From assembly GCF_009914755.1 (NCBI RefSeq), contig NC_060930.1: a stretch of DNA of 64,000 bases, one strand, 5' to 3'. Both the position numbers and the translations under genes were made by a program. Position 1 is the stretch's first letter, and every line of letters starts with the position of its first letter. The DNA is from the human T2T-CHM13v2.0 reference genome, Homo sapiens. Of this stretch, positions 39,801 to 53,351 are shown in pieces. The notes under the pieces were generated by a model, which was given only the letters and a program-made list of their open reading frames with translations, searched no databases and had not been told where the DNA came from.

Positions 39801-41110
39801 GATATTAGAAAACTGTCCTCTCATCAACACAAGAAGTCAATGCATCTAAAACTTACAAAAAGACCTCATAGTGTAAGTAAATTATTTATAAATATGGTGA
39901 CTGGCCAGAGTATTTAGGAGTATTGACTTTTGAAGGAACAAGATTGCACATGGGAATAGTTTGCTGAGGTGCTTGCCATTTTTGTCTCCCAGACTTTAGT
40001 AATATTTAATTAAATTTGTATATATTACTTATAGAATTTTAAAAAATATGACAAAGTCATGAATCTCCTATGACATAAAATGAATATCTATGTCAAAGAC
40101 TTTATTTAACTGTTTAATTAATGAGGGAACCAGTATGAGGTTAAACCTGGATAATTCGAAAAATCACACATTGTAAGCAATAGGAATGCTGATATGAATT
40201 TACAAAGGAATGCAAAACTAGTTTGTCCATAGGGCAATAATCAGTTGCATTCTATCAGATGCAACTCTCGTGTGTATATATTTGCATATATATCTATAGA
40301 TATATTTGCCTTCTTATCAGTTTTCAACAACTTACAGAATAGTGAAACAGAGCAAAGACAATGAAACTTTAAGATAACTTAGAAGAGTTCATTAGACAGG
40401 ACACTTAGGAATCTTTTGTGACCATTTCAAAAGTCTTTCAAACTTAGAATAAAATAAAAAGAAAATCAAAGGAAAAGGAAGAAAAATCATATATTTTCCC
40501 AATGTCAACACATTTTTAAAAACTTAGGAATACACAATAATAATTATTAATAATAATTATTTCTGGGGCACAGCTGCCCTGCACACACTGGATGTGGCCC
40601 ATATCTAATGCACTGCAAGTCACCGAAAGGAGCTGAGGCAAGGACTCAGGCCCTTCTGTCTGGCCTTGCCCACATAGAAGCCTGTCTGCATCCCTGCATC
40701 CCAGGTGCTCCCATTTGGAGGCCTTTGTATGGGGGCCTTTGAAATGGAAAATGGAATGGTGAGGGATCCAGCACTTTCTCTGATTTGACCTCCTGCCTGT
40801 ACTATGGCAGTAGGCAGATAAACACTTGGTGGTTACTTTCATTTCCATGTGTTGTCTTAATTGACTGCTCCAACACTTTACAGTTCTGTTCTCAGCTTAA
40901 CTCAGTGCTTCACATAATCCCATATTTTACTCTGTATAAGAGTAAATTTAAAAAGACATAAGATGTAAATGAAGACAATGTGGTACATTTAACTCAGAAT
41001 AAAGATTAAATTTTTTTAACAAATTTCTGGAAAACCACGTCTTCCTGTCCTAATTTGTTTTCCCTCGTTTCTGGTAAAATCTTTGATTAGTCACCAGTGC
41101 TCCAGTTTTA

Positions 41111-41507
<397 letters not shown>

Positions 41508-42234
41508 CAGCTATACAACCAAGATATAAACATTTGCTTCAGCCTATTTTAATTCAACTTAAAATTCTTTTAGATATTTTAAACATTTTCTAGACCTCTC
41601 TGCTCCTCCCTCAGCTCCCCTCGCCCTGCCAAAACACAACATCACCACCTGTATTGCTATCTAAGTGTCCCTCTGAAGCCCTTCCCTAACTCACCTGATT
41701 AGAGAAATGTGTACTAGGGAGAAAGCTACTTTGCTTACACAAGCATTTGTATGTAAAATCTTAGAACTCTGCAGATGAGCTCAGTTCCTCTTATTAGCAT
41801 GTAAGCATTTAAAGAACGGTGTAACGATGTAAAAAAAGCTAACATGAGTGGGGGCCTTCTTATGTACAGCCCAGCTCAACCTGATAGAATTCGTCTCTAT
41901 TACTTTCAACTGTGTCTGCCTATAGCTGAAATCATTCTGGACTCTCCATGCTTGGAAGAATTGAGAAATACTCATTTAAGGTCTTGGCTTGATAAAAACT
42001 GTGAAAGGTCCAAAACATGTAAAATTAACAAGATAGAAAACTTCATTGAGTTTTAATCACTTTAAGAATATACTATTTCATAGCACAATAAATCTTCCTG
42101 AAAGCTCTTGCTTAGCTTTATTTGCATCAGAGTAACTCAGGCTATGCTGTGGAAACAAATCAACCTTTAAAGCCTAGGGGTTTAACATAATAAAAGTAAT
42201 AAAGCTCATACATAAATTTAAGAAGCGCTGTTTT

Positions 42235-43430
42235 AATGGGAAATTGTAATAAAAAAAGACAAAAAGGAGCTATATATATCAATTCTGTACTCTAGTTGGT
42301 AAATTTGTTATTCACAGAGGCGGGGCAAGCAGTAAGTTTGTTATTCACTGAGTTGGGGCAAGAAGGACAGTTTAATAATTCTAAACTTGCTTTACATGTA
42401 TACTAGGGATGTACAAAAAGGAAATTAATGGTGGACATTTAGTGCTCGGTTTTTCACATTGGGGAGAGAAATTGCAGACAAGCAAGGAAGGAAGGATAGA
42501 ATGAATTCTGTGGTACTAAATGAGAGCTGAAGATATTAGTATGAATTCATATTTAGCTTAATACATATATACTTGTGAACTGTTACAGACCTAATTATGG
42601 AAATGTGTATAGAGGAGTTCATATGCACACATGTATTTGCTAGCCCTCTGCTCAGAGGGCCTGGAAACAGTAACATCTAAGTAGCAACAAGTATATATAC
42701 CTGGTACCCAAATCTTGATTTCTAAATGACATTTCCCAATAAAAAGAACCAGATCCCAATAAAAAGAACCAGACTCTAGGGCTGGAGGAGAGAAAAACAT
42801 CAGATGAGCCTAGAGCTATCCAGTAATGCTAAAAAGTAAGGATGTGCTAAAAACACAAAGGGGTTATGCCAAAGGGACATAGAAGCCCGCCTGAAAAAAC
42901 TCCCAATGGACAAAGCTGGATACATTTGAGCAACACGATAAATATGTGGTATTAAATTACAACCCAAAGTACAAAACAAATATACATTATTAGTCCATGC
43001 TGATGTAAATATTAGGTAGATGCAAAAGTAATTGCGGTTTTTTGACATAACTTTTAATGGCAAAAAAGGAGTTCACATGCAATTTATTTTTAAATATGTA
43101 GAGGCTGCATATATATAACAAGTAAATTGAATAAATAAGTAAATGGAGAAGAAAGACAAATCGTTCTCACAGAAGAACTCCAAATAATGTAAGTTACATA
43201 TTCCCTTCACTAGGAAGTGGAATATATCTATATCCTTTCCTCCATCACACTGAGTGTAGGAAAGACTTAAGTGATTTGTCCCAAAGTATAGAGTATGAAG
43301 AAGGGAAAAAATAATAACTTTACAGTAAAGAAACCTGGCACACAACATCTTAACCAAGTGATCAAAGTTACCATCATTAGGATAAGTTGTGTTGATAATA
43401 TGTATCCTATGATAGGATATATGACAGCTA
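42235..43430 (+). mobile_element. L1MC3/L1MD-type 3'UTR
   Basis: ctctgctcagagggcctggaaacag..cccaaatcttgatttctaaat..aactcccaatggacaaagctgg..aactttacagtaaagaaacctggcacacaacatcttaaccaagtgatcaaagtta. Confidence 0.8.
43012..43066 (+). mobile_element. MADE1 (Hsmar1-derived MITE), right TIR missing
   Basis: ttaggtagatgcaaaagtaattgcggttttttgacataacttttaatggcaaaaa matches the first ~55 nt of MADE1, preceded by TA. Confidence 0.88.
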
Positions 43431-46279
43431 CTGTATCACTTATCTAGTACTGAGAAAGCTAAAAAAGTTATGTCTTTTAAAAGTCATTAGTATCTACTGA
43501 TTTTTCCATTGTATTTTATTTTTAGGGTGAAGTTTCATCAAACTGTAAGGCTTTCAACTTCACTGATGTTTAAAATATCTATTCCTATATCTGCTTTATC
43601 TGTCTGCATGCTGTATTTTTTTATTAAAAAATATTATTACCGTGTTTTTGCAACTATTCTATCCTTCTTATTTGATATTTTCTGTCTTGCTTTCCTAGGA
43701 TTTTATTTCTTTAAAATGTCTTTTAAACACCATTTTAGTTATTTCTCACAACTTTTGAAATGTAATTGTTTAATTATTATACAATTCCTTGTACTTCATA
43801 ATTTTTAAGTGAAAAATGGCAGTAAAATTGCGTGGTTTTATTGTTTTTTTTTTCTAAATTACCAACATACATCTTTTTTGCTATTGTTTTGTTATTTATT
43901 TCTAAATTTATTAAGAACATATTCATTATTTTCTTTGACATTCATGAAATTTGCTTTGAAGTCTGTTACATGGTTAATTATTGTGATAGTCTATTTGTAC
44001 CTGAAACAACAGACAGATTCCTTAAAAGAAACTATATAATTCCCTGTGTAGAAATTTAATAAAGTTCATTAAATGTATTCTTCAAATACTACGTGATTTG
44101 TTTGGTTTTCAAGCTAGATAAATTTTTGAATAAGTTATCTTAAAAACTGTAAGTATAATTATTTTCATATATATTTTCCCATAATACTGTCAATTATTTT
44201 TAAATATGTAGAGGCTATATCTATAACAACATATTAATTTATTAAACATATGATGCTTCCTATGTCCCCAAAGCTTTTCTAATACTTTACAGTTAATTCA
44301 TCTAAGTCTTACAACAATCCTATATTAAAGATTATTTTTGGGCTTAATAATCCATTTTTCTTGTACTCATTATTGATTATTTTCATAATCTAAGAACCTA
44401 GAACAGGCTTTTTTATTATTGAAGGTTTACATTTCTAGGCTACTAGGAAAGAGCAAATAAACATCTGGAATTATGATAAAAATCAAGAGAAATAAAAACG
44501 TTATTATAGGTGCAGGTTGCCATATGCACTCTACATTTCAGCACCACAAGACAGCAACTTAATAGTTATTTTAATGCCCTCTGATCATTCTAGGTATTGG
44601 CAGACAGATGGTTCACTTCCATTAAAACTAAAATTAAAAATTAAAACAATTTCTAATGTATTTCAGAATTCTTATGTAAACTTCTTATCTTAGAGCACAT
44701 TGCACAGTGAGTATTCTACTTATTTGTGCTTCTCTAAAACAAAAGACTCACTATTTAAAAGCTTGATACACTGTCATCACAGGTAAATGTCATTTTTTGG
44801 TTACATTTCAGAGCAGCCATTTTGTCAACTACATTATTTCAGAAACTTTGGCTAAAATTGCCAGGATAAACAAAAATTACTAAATGTTATTAGGAGAGAT
44901 TGCTGTCTTCCAATTATTATTGTTTTTGCAAATATCATTCTATCAAAATAAGATTTAATTTTCTGAAAACTTTCAAAATAAATCAATATACTACCATGTT
45001 TTTATTATAATTCCATGAGGTAAATTAAATTCTAGGAAGTAATATTTAATGATATAATTCCTTGTTCTTTATGAAACAGTATACTCATTGAAAATCACTT
45101 TTTAGCAAACAAAATAATTTTCTTAGAAAATTCAAACTATAGTCTACCAATAGAGTTATGGGAAATTTTTCTAATTCATAAAGCATGAAAATATTTGTTC
45201 TCAATATTATTTTAAAATTAATCCATAGTAATCAATGTTATTATGCTTATGATACTGCACATATAGAAGATTAACTAGAGATCTGGAGAAAAAACTGGGT
45301 TAAAATCCAGTTCTGTTGTGACCTAATCTCATTTACTGTGGCAAATGACTTTATAAATGAAACATTAATTTTCTTATGCATAAGTGCAGATAATTTAGAC
45401 CTAATCTGATGTACTTGACAGTTTTTAGAATTAAAACTTACTATTATAGATATATAATAATGTATTGAGTATGTGTGTGTTTGTAAAGATAAGCTAAATA
45501 ATTAAGAAGATAATTTTTGACTTAATTATTATGAGCATATTCTTCACACTGTAAACATTTAGTTATACAAATATTGCTTGTAATCGTTGTTCTCCCCAGA
45601 TAGTATTACTCAAAGGTCTATGATATGTGTTGGTGGGGATGTCCACAGGACTAATTCAATAACAATTTGTATTGTATACTCCTTGCTATGACTTTTCAGT
45701 GTATGTTAAAAAGTTGATGTCTAAAGTTCCAAAATGCAGAAAATATTTTAGTTCTGATACACAGTGCTCTTTATTGGCATGGAATCTTGATTTTCAAAAT
45801 GAAGAAGGAATGAAGGGAAAGGAAAGAATAAAGAAAGAACAGTAAGTAATTTCTCTCTCAATTACTTAACCTTGTCATACCCTATTAACATATTTGTATG
45901 TCAAAAAACATTTTTACACTTTTGGTTACGTTTTTATTTGCATTCCAAATGACTACATTTATTATGAAATCTAAGGAAAGCAAGCTTCCACAATTTCTAC
46001 CAATCTATTTAGTACAAGAATCAAAAACAATCCAAGCAGGTAGGTCAACACCCAGGTCTTAAAAGCAGAGGAATCAACACAGGGGTCCCTGAATTGTCCA
46101 TTTTGGTCGTTGTCAGATTTATCAACATAATCACAACCCAATATTACTCTCTTTCTGCAGCATCTGAGTAAATAAGTCATACGTAGTTCGATGTGGATTC
46201 TGTGACTAATCTCTAGAAAAGAGAGGGAAATGCAAAAATATTGACATATAAAGGGCAATTATAACACTAATCTTCAGTG

Positions 46280-46919
46280 CAGTTGGTTCTTCTTATTCAC
46301 AGTAGTTACTTTCTATTAAGTCACTGAGAACACTGAATTAGTGAATACTGAATCATTCCTCCAAGAGGTTAAGCTCCTTTGAGTCTCTGGTCACATTTTT
46401 GTCAATGAATAAATACATAACCTTGTTTTATGTATGTTTCTCTTTAAGGATATCTTATGTAATATATATATTGGATTCATAAACATTGAGCTCACAGCAA
46501 ATAGCACTATAACTCATGCCTGAACAAAGCTTATCTAACACACATTAAACTGTAAGGTACGTCACAGCCTTCTTGCACTGAAGAACATTAGGCAGCACTT
46601 CAGCACTACATTCACAGGAACATTTTAAACCATGAAATTACCAAAAAAAAAAAAGTATAAAAGTAAAAAAAAAATGGCATTACATAGATTACAAAAAGGA
46701 CATGTTTACAGTATGAGCTGGAACAGAGAAGACAGAGCATCACGTTGTGTGACCTCAGCTGGGAACACACCCTTTTCAGCAACTCAATTTGTTTAACACT
46801 TTACACATTTCTGCAAATGACTCTGAAATCATTTTAAGTATTGATTTGGGGGTTAAAAGAAATTTTAGCTAGTAGATTAATTCACTAATATAGAGTCCAC
46901 AAGTGATGAAGATTTACTG
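46280..46919 (+). mobile_element. MER82 (TcMar-Tigger)
   Basis: cagttggttcttcttattcacagtagtta..gaacactgaattagtgaatactgaa..ataactcatgcctgaacaaagcttatctaacacac..gatgaagatttactg followed by TA. Confidence 0.85.
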
Positions 46920-47530
46920 TATCTGGAAGAGTAACTGAGATGCTGAGAGATTTTCTGAATGAATCAGAGGCTCAACTATAGGAAGTACCTATATGGTGTA
47001 ATCTGATAAAGTTCCCCCAAGGCCTGATGTAAAGAAAGGTGGATCTATACTAGTTGATAGCCTTAGCTTTGATATTTTAGGCTACTTACTATTTCTTTGT
47101 ATCCAAAAGCCACCTTAAGCAGCTCTTCTGAGATCAGACTGCGGTGGGGAGAAGTGGACAGATGAGCTCATGTAGTGTATTTATCACTGAAAGAGACTGA
47201 TTTTGATGGGTGATACATGGTGGAGGTGGAATGGTGGATGAGAACAAACTTTATTCAAAAAGGACAGTTACCTAACAGCACAGTATGGATTGCCATGGGA
47301 GCAATTATGATCGATATGTTTCTTTATCTTCCTTCCTTTCTTCCTTCCTCTTTTCCTTCCCTCTTTTCACAGATGCTTTTTGTTTTCCGAGTATTCTTTT
47401 TGTTCACTACAAGGTGGCAATCAGATATCTGTAGCAAGCTTGGATCAGTGACGTCTGAGATACCTGTTTATGGATTATTCATCTGTTCTACATAATGACA
47501 TCTCCACCTCCAGACAAAAATTTCATAGTA

Positions 47531-48136
47531 TGGTAAGTTCTGCTCTAAGATGATGCATATGTTGCTAAAAATCACATTATACAAACTAACACAAGAAAAA
47601 CCATAGGGCTTATGAGAAAAGGGGGCTAGGAGCACAACACTGAAAATTTTGTTAGTAACACATTAGACAAAAAGATAAGAACCTAACTAAAATAGTAGCA
47701 CAGTTTTGCACATATTAAATGGTTAAGAAATAAATAAATAATGCAATATTTCTCGAAAAAGACTTAAATTCCCTTGTGGAAGTGGGCATCAAAAAAGTTG
47801 CAGCTTTTGAGTTACTGTGAAGTGATGGAAGGAAGGTTGACTGAAATGGTGTGGAACACTGTACCACCAGATAGTAATGAGTGCAGCTCAGAATTTAAAA
47901 CACAGGCGGTGTGCTGAGGTGGCTGGTAGATGTTTGAGGTGAGTGCATCTTGTATATTCTGCATAGTTCAGCTGAGTTGGGTGCAGTTTTTTGCATTCTC
48001 TTGGTATTTCTCATGAATAAAAAGTCTGGCATAAGTGTATAAAAAATCTGGCTTGTCCTCTAATTTTTTCTTAATATATCAGTCACATTGGAACAACTTC
48101 AGATTTTCAACACAAGTATTGTAACAGAACTGACTG
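47531..48136 (-). mobile_element. Tigger-family element (Tigger8-like)
   Basis: Inverted termini ggtaagttctgct / acagaactgactg followed by TA; ~600 bp internal sequence. Confidence 0.7.
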
Positions 48137-49149
48137 TACAATGTTATTGGACTGCAGTATGATTGAATTTTGGTTTCAGATGAACTGCTAGATTTCCCTA
48201 GAAATATTCACTGACCCAAACTGTGGCAGTTTATATTTGAATCTTGTTTGAGGACCATCCTTCTACATTCTGAATTGATGCTTCCGAATCTTTCTGACAT
48301 TAATATGTGTGTTTACTCAGGACTCTGTCTCTTTGTTTCTATTCACTGGGGCTTGTCATATTCTCAAACACTGAAGAAAGGACATATGACTTCCAGCGGG
48401 GTACAAATCAGGTGGTCCCCATAGGAATATCTGACACTGCTCTACATTTATCTAAGCAATTTACCCAACCTGTGTAATTATTAACACACTGCCTCCACTG
48501 CACAAGGATTTTTCCTAATACAGAATCAGTGGGCTGTGTGAGCCTGAATTTTGGCCCAGGCTCAGCGTATTTCATCAACACTGTGATTGCCCTTGATGCA
48601 TGCCAACACCACAATATCAAAACATCAAGAAGCAGAAGCATGCTTTCAGTATTACAGCAAAGTGACGAAAATTCATGCAAAGGAAGAATCCTTTTTTAGA
48701 ATTAAATTTTTGCCTAAAATACCTTTTCTTCCTCTTGACCTGATTTTGCCCATTCCTTGAGGCCACATTGTTTCACTTCCTCTAATAATTCTTGCTATTC
48801 CCACCCTCACTGTTTTCACATACCCCACCTTATCCAATAGGTGTAAGTTCATTGCTTCAGCCCTGTTCTCTTCATAGCGTAGTTTCATCACAGACCTACT
48901 TTCCTTTTACTGATTACAAAGAAGGTACAACTGGCTAGCACGGCACCCCGACCCTACTCAGCTTAGGGCTTTATTGTCAGAATCTTCCTTTCTACAGTGT
49001 CCCTTGGTTAATTACGAGTACATTTTTCTTTAGTTTTGCTATTTTTAATTTTTTCTACTCAACTGACTTGTTAACTTCAGAAATGAAAGAGAACCCACCA
49101 AAGTTGGTTCATTTACAAGATGAACTCTCAAGTCTTATAAAGAATCTGG

Positions 49150-49447
49150 GGCCGGCCGTGGTGGCTCACGCCTGTAATCCCAGCACTTTGGGAGGCCGAG
49201 GCGGGCGGATCACGAGGTCAGGAGATCGAGACCATCTTGGCTAACACGGTGAAACCCCGTCTCTACTAAAAATACAAAAAAATTAGCCGGGCCTAGTGGC
49301 GGGCGCCTGTAGTCCAAGCTACTTGGGAGGCTGAGGCAGGAGAATGGCGTGAACCCGGGAGGCGGAGCTTGCAGCGAGTCGAGATTGCACACTACGCTCC
49401 AGCCTGGGCGACAGAGCGAGACTCTGTCTCAAAAAAAAAAAAAAAAA
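49150..49447 (+). mobile_element. AluY
   Basis: ggatcacgaggtcaggagatcgagaccatc..ggctaacacggtg..gaatggcgtgaacccgggaggcggagcttgcag; CpG-rich; TSD aaagaatctg (49139-49148 / 49445-49454). Confidence 0.96.
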
Positions 49448-50745
49448 GAATCTGAAAAGTCAGCCCTGCCAAATGCTTGTCATGCTTATACATAAACATA
49501 TCTACTAATGGGGAACTCACTATTTGTTGAGGCAGCTCATTTGGCATTTAGTGAACTCTTTAAGAAATTTCTTCTTAATATGGGGCTAAAAAATCTGTCA
49601 AGAGTGCTCAACAACTGCAATCCTATCCCTGTAAGACTTCAAGAGTAATACAAAATTTCATCTTCAGAAAAATCTCTGAAATACATTCAGAAAGTAATTT
49701 CCAATGCTGAGTTTTTCTTTTCTCCAGGTCCATGTTCACTTTGCCAAACTGATTCTCCAAAAATACAAACATGAATTTTTTTCTACTTCCATTTCCTTGA
49801 ATATTGAAATTTGTCTATTTCTATTTTAGACCACAGTATCCAGAATTTTATATGAAGGTTGTTTTTTTGTTTGATTTTGCTTGTTTTTGTTTTCACAATA
49901 CTTTGCACAGTGTAAAACAATAAGTAGATACTAAATGCTGATTGTAAATAAGTAGACACTAAATTTTCTATAAGATGGAATTTGGAATTACCTTCCTAGG
50001 AGTCTTTACTTTGTGGTAGAAATAGTTACAGATTATTTGAAAAAAATTAGACAATTTCCGGGAACTTTCTATTCCTTGCATTTTGGTAATTCTCTGTATT
50101 CTGTATGCTTATAATTAACTTTCCTGGAGATTTTCTTCTCCATTTTCACTTGTCTATCAGATGTCTGAATGTAAATACCTATTAAACTTTAAAATTAGTA
50201 AAATCATTTAATAGTCCCCAATGTTTTATCATTTGACAAAATGACAAACTGTGAAGATATCCCAATTGGTCTGTTATGTGAAAAGAAGCTAGAGATATAC
50301 ATGCCCCTAAATACCTCTATGTAGTTCCAGCTTAGATTTCTAGAGTCCATGTGCACCTAGAATGTAATCCAGTTCAGTGACCAACCAACAAGTTCTCATC
50401 AAACTCAACTGTAATTTCTAAAAATCTTTGCTGTCAGGTAATTTCCTACCACATTTTTTTTTGTTCTGAAAATATGACATAAAATGGATGGTCATTATAA
50501 AGAGGTTGAGAAATTTCCTTCAAATCCATCAATACCAGTCATGAAGTAAGGCTAGTTTCTTTCACAAAATCCTATGTTTGCTTCTTATGGAGGTAATATT
50601 CACAAGACTGGAGTTTCAAATGGATATGCTAAAATTGCTTGTAGCAGATGAAAACACAGGAAGATTAAATGAGACAACACACATGACATGTTTTATAAGT
50701 GAAGTGTGCTTTATAAATAAGAGATACTAAAAGTGTATAAGAATT

Positions 50746-51042
50746 GGCCGGGCACGGTGGCTCACGCCTGTAATCCCAGCACTTTGGGAGGATGAGGCGG
50801 GCGGATCACGAGGTCAGTAAATCGAAACCATCCTGGCTAACACGGTGAAACCCCATCTCTACTAAAAATACAAAAAAATTAGCCGGGTGTGGTGGTGGGC
50901 GCCTGTAGTCCCAGCTACTCAGGAGGCTGAGTCAGGAGAATGGCGTGAACCCGGGAGGCGGAGCTTGCAGTGAGCCAAGATCCCGCTACTGCGCTGGAGC
51001 CTGGGCGACAGACAGAGAATCCGTCTCCAAAAAAAAAAAAAA
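50746..51042 (+). mobile_element. AluY
   Basis: AluY diagnostics ggctaacacggtg and gaatggcgtgaacccgggaggcggagcttgc; TSD aaaagtgtataagaatt / aaaagtatataagaatt. Confidence 0.96.
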
Positions 51043-52512
51043 GTATATAAGAATTTAAGAATGGCCTTGCATGTCATCCATACTTTTTTTTCATTCTATC
51101 TACCTCGGCTACTTCAACATTTAAAAGTTCCTTATAACTTCTTTAACACAGGCTGGGGAACAGGTAGATTTCATTACAAAAATACCCTTTCACGAGTTCT
51201 CAAAATCTTTTCCAAGAGCTTTCATAGAGGAAATGATCAACTCTCAAAACTATTAGTTGATAATCCGTTTTTCTGTTCTATGTTTGTGCTGCTGGATGAA
51301 ATCTGTATTCCAAACATATCGCCTAGCTTTCTGGGCAGGTACAGATTTGATCTCTCTTGAGATGTCAAAATGGGTCAAAAAGGAGTTTATGGAGAAGACT
51401 GTACAAAATAACTTTGTTCAGATGCTGTGGTTAGAGTTGAGAGAAGAAGGCTTTAACAGCTCACAAAAGAGATATACTCGTTGTTACAAAGAAAAGCTCT
51501 ATTTCCTGAGTACGTCCTGTCATATGAAATCATAACATAGCAGGTATCAATCAAATATTAGACAAGGATTAAAGGCGCAGATGTCTTGATATTATGGGCT
51601 TTACCAATGTCCCTTATGCATTTTTGTTTTAACATAATGCCATATTATTAACCAATTAGTCTAGAATCATGTCAAGTCGGCAGAGGTACACTGTCTATTT
51701 TATGTCAACATCCTCCCTTCAATATATGTAAAATAAATCATTCATCACCAATAATTAATACAACATAGGAAGAAAAAAAGCTAAAAATGGATTTTTTCAC
51801 CTCTTTCCCTGAACTCAGAACTGGTGTGTGCTCCCAGTGAAAACGAGCTGAAAGCTTGCTTCTCTTAGGTTATTCTTGTCTGCATATGTTAGACCTTCTG
51901 GTTTTGGTGGCTTCAACAGCTTTTTGATGGCTTCACACATGCAATTTACGTTTTCATTTTTTCAGCTTTTCTGGAAGTTTTGCAAGAGTTGTTTGTCTAG
52001 AAAATTCCTTTCACCTACATGTCTCATATCTCTCAGAGCATTTTAAATTTTAATTTCACTGATTACAAATTATGATGAGCATATTGACCTTAAGTTGTCA
52101 TCTTTTGTGAAGGATTGAAATATTTTCTCCATTTTTAAGGTTATCTCTCTTTTTTTTAATTGATATGTAGTTCTGTACGTAGTCTACTTGTGAGCCATAT
52201 ATTGACTAAAGGAGTCGTAAATTTATTCTCCCACTCTGCCCCTTACATTTTCAATTCCTTAATTTTGTCTTTTGAGTAAGAGCATTCTTACTTATAATGA
52301 AGTCCAATTTATCAATTTTTTTCTATATTGTTTATGTTTTATGCTGTCTTTGAGAATTCCCTATCCTACTGATATATTCTCCTAGGTTTTATCCTAGAAG
52401 CTTTATTGTTTTTAAGGATGATGCTTCAAGGTGGTCAATGTTCTTTTTTAAAATATAAATCTCTCTATCAATTAGCTTTCACTGCATAACAAAACACCTC
52501 AAAACTTAAGCT

Positions 52513-52677
52513 TTTATTAATTTTTATTTTATTTTATATTATTTTATTTTATTTTATTGAGTGCACTGGTAGGATCTTGGCTCACTGCAACCTTTGTTTC
52601 CTGAGTTCAAGCAATTCTTGTGCCTCAGCCTCCCAAGTAACTGAGACTACAGGCACCTGCCATCATACCTGGCTAAC
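52513..52677 (-). mobile_element. Truncated Alu (right arm) with (TTTTA)n tail
   Basis: gatcttggctcactgcaacc..ttcaagcaattcttgtgcctcagcctcccaagtaactgagactacaggcacctgccatcatacctggctaa. Confidence 0.88.
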
Positions 52678-52738
52678 CCACTATGACTCTGTGGGTTGTC
52701 AATTCACCTGGGTAATCTGTAATCTGCTGGACTCAATC

Positions 52739-53259
52739 ACAGAACTAATAGGATATATACAGGATATGTATGTATATATATCTATAGGATATATATAAGA
52801 TGTGTATATATATAGGATATATATATATAATAGGATATATATGGGGTTATTATATATTATATATATTATATATATATAATAGGATATATCTCTTCTCTAG
52901 AGGTTTTCTAGAGGGACAGAACTAATAGGATATATACAGGATACATATATATCTATAGGATATAGATAAGATGTGTGTATATATAGGATATATATATAAT
53001 AGGATATATATGGGGTTATTATATATAATATATATAATAGGATATATATCATATATTTATCATATTTTATATATATTATATTATTCTTTAGTGTTACTTA
53101 ATAATACAATTACATATATATTATATATACAATTATATAAAATATATATAATATTATATATAAAATATGATATATATATCCTATTATATATAATATATGA
53201 TAACCCCCTATATATCCTATCTTATATATATATATCCTATATATACACATCTTATCTAT

Positions 53260-53296
<37 letters not shown>

Positions 53297-53351
53297 GTAT
53301 CCTGTATATATCCTATTAGTTCTGTCCCTCTAGAGAACCCTGACTAATACA
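52739..53351. repeat. AT-rich direct/inverted repeat complex built from an MLT2A LTR 3' end
   Basis: MLT2A terminus atcctattagttctgtccctctagagaaccctgactaataca ends at 53351. 52907-52944 is the exact 38-bp reverse complement of 53297-53334. A further direct copy lies at 52739-52890; (TA)n at 53263-53294. Confidence 0.92.

Noticed and set aside
39930-40800. Possible ancient LTR/DNA-transposon remnants
   Set aside because: They look repeat-derived, but I could not assign a family or boundaries with confidence.
43509-44059. Run of Phe/Leu/Ile-rich ORFs resembling membrane proteins
   Set aside because: Extremely T-rich low-complexity DNA with no recognisable homology or exon structure.
52971-53333. 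120-aa Tyr/Ile-rich ORF
   Set aside because: Translation of the TA-rich palindrome.
52739-53351. CRISPR-like or regular minisatellite array
   Set aside because: Eukaryotic DNA; units are irregular direct and inverted copies of an LTR end without unique spacers.
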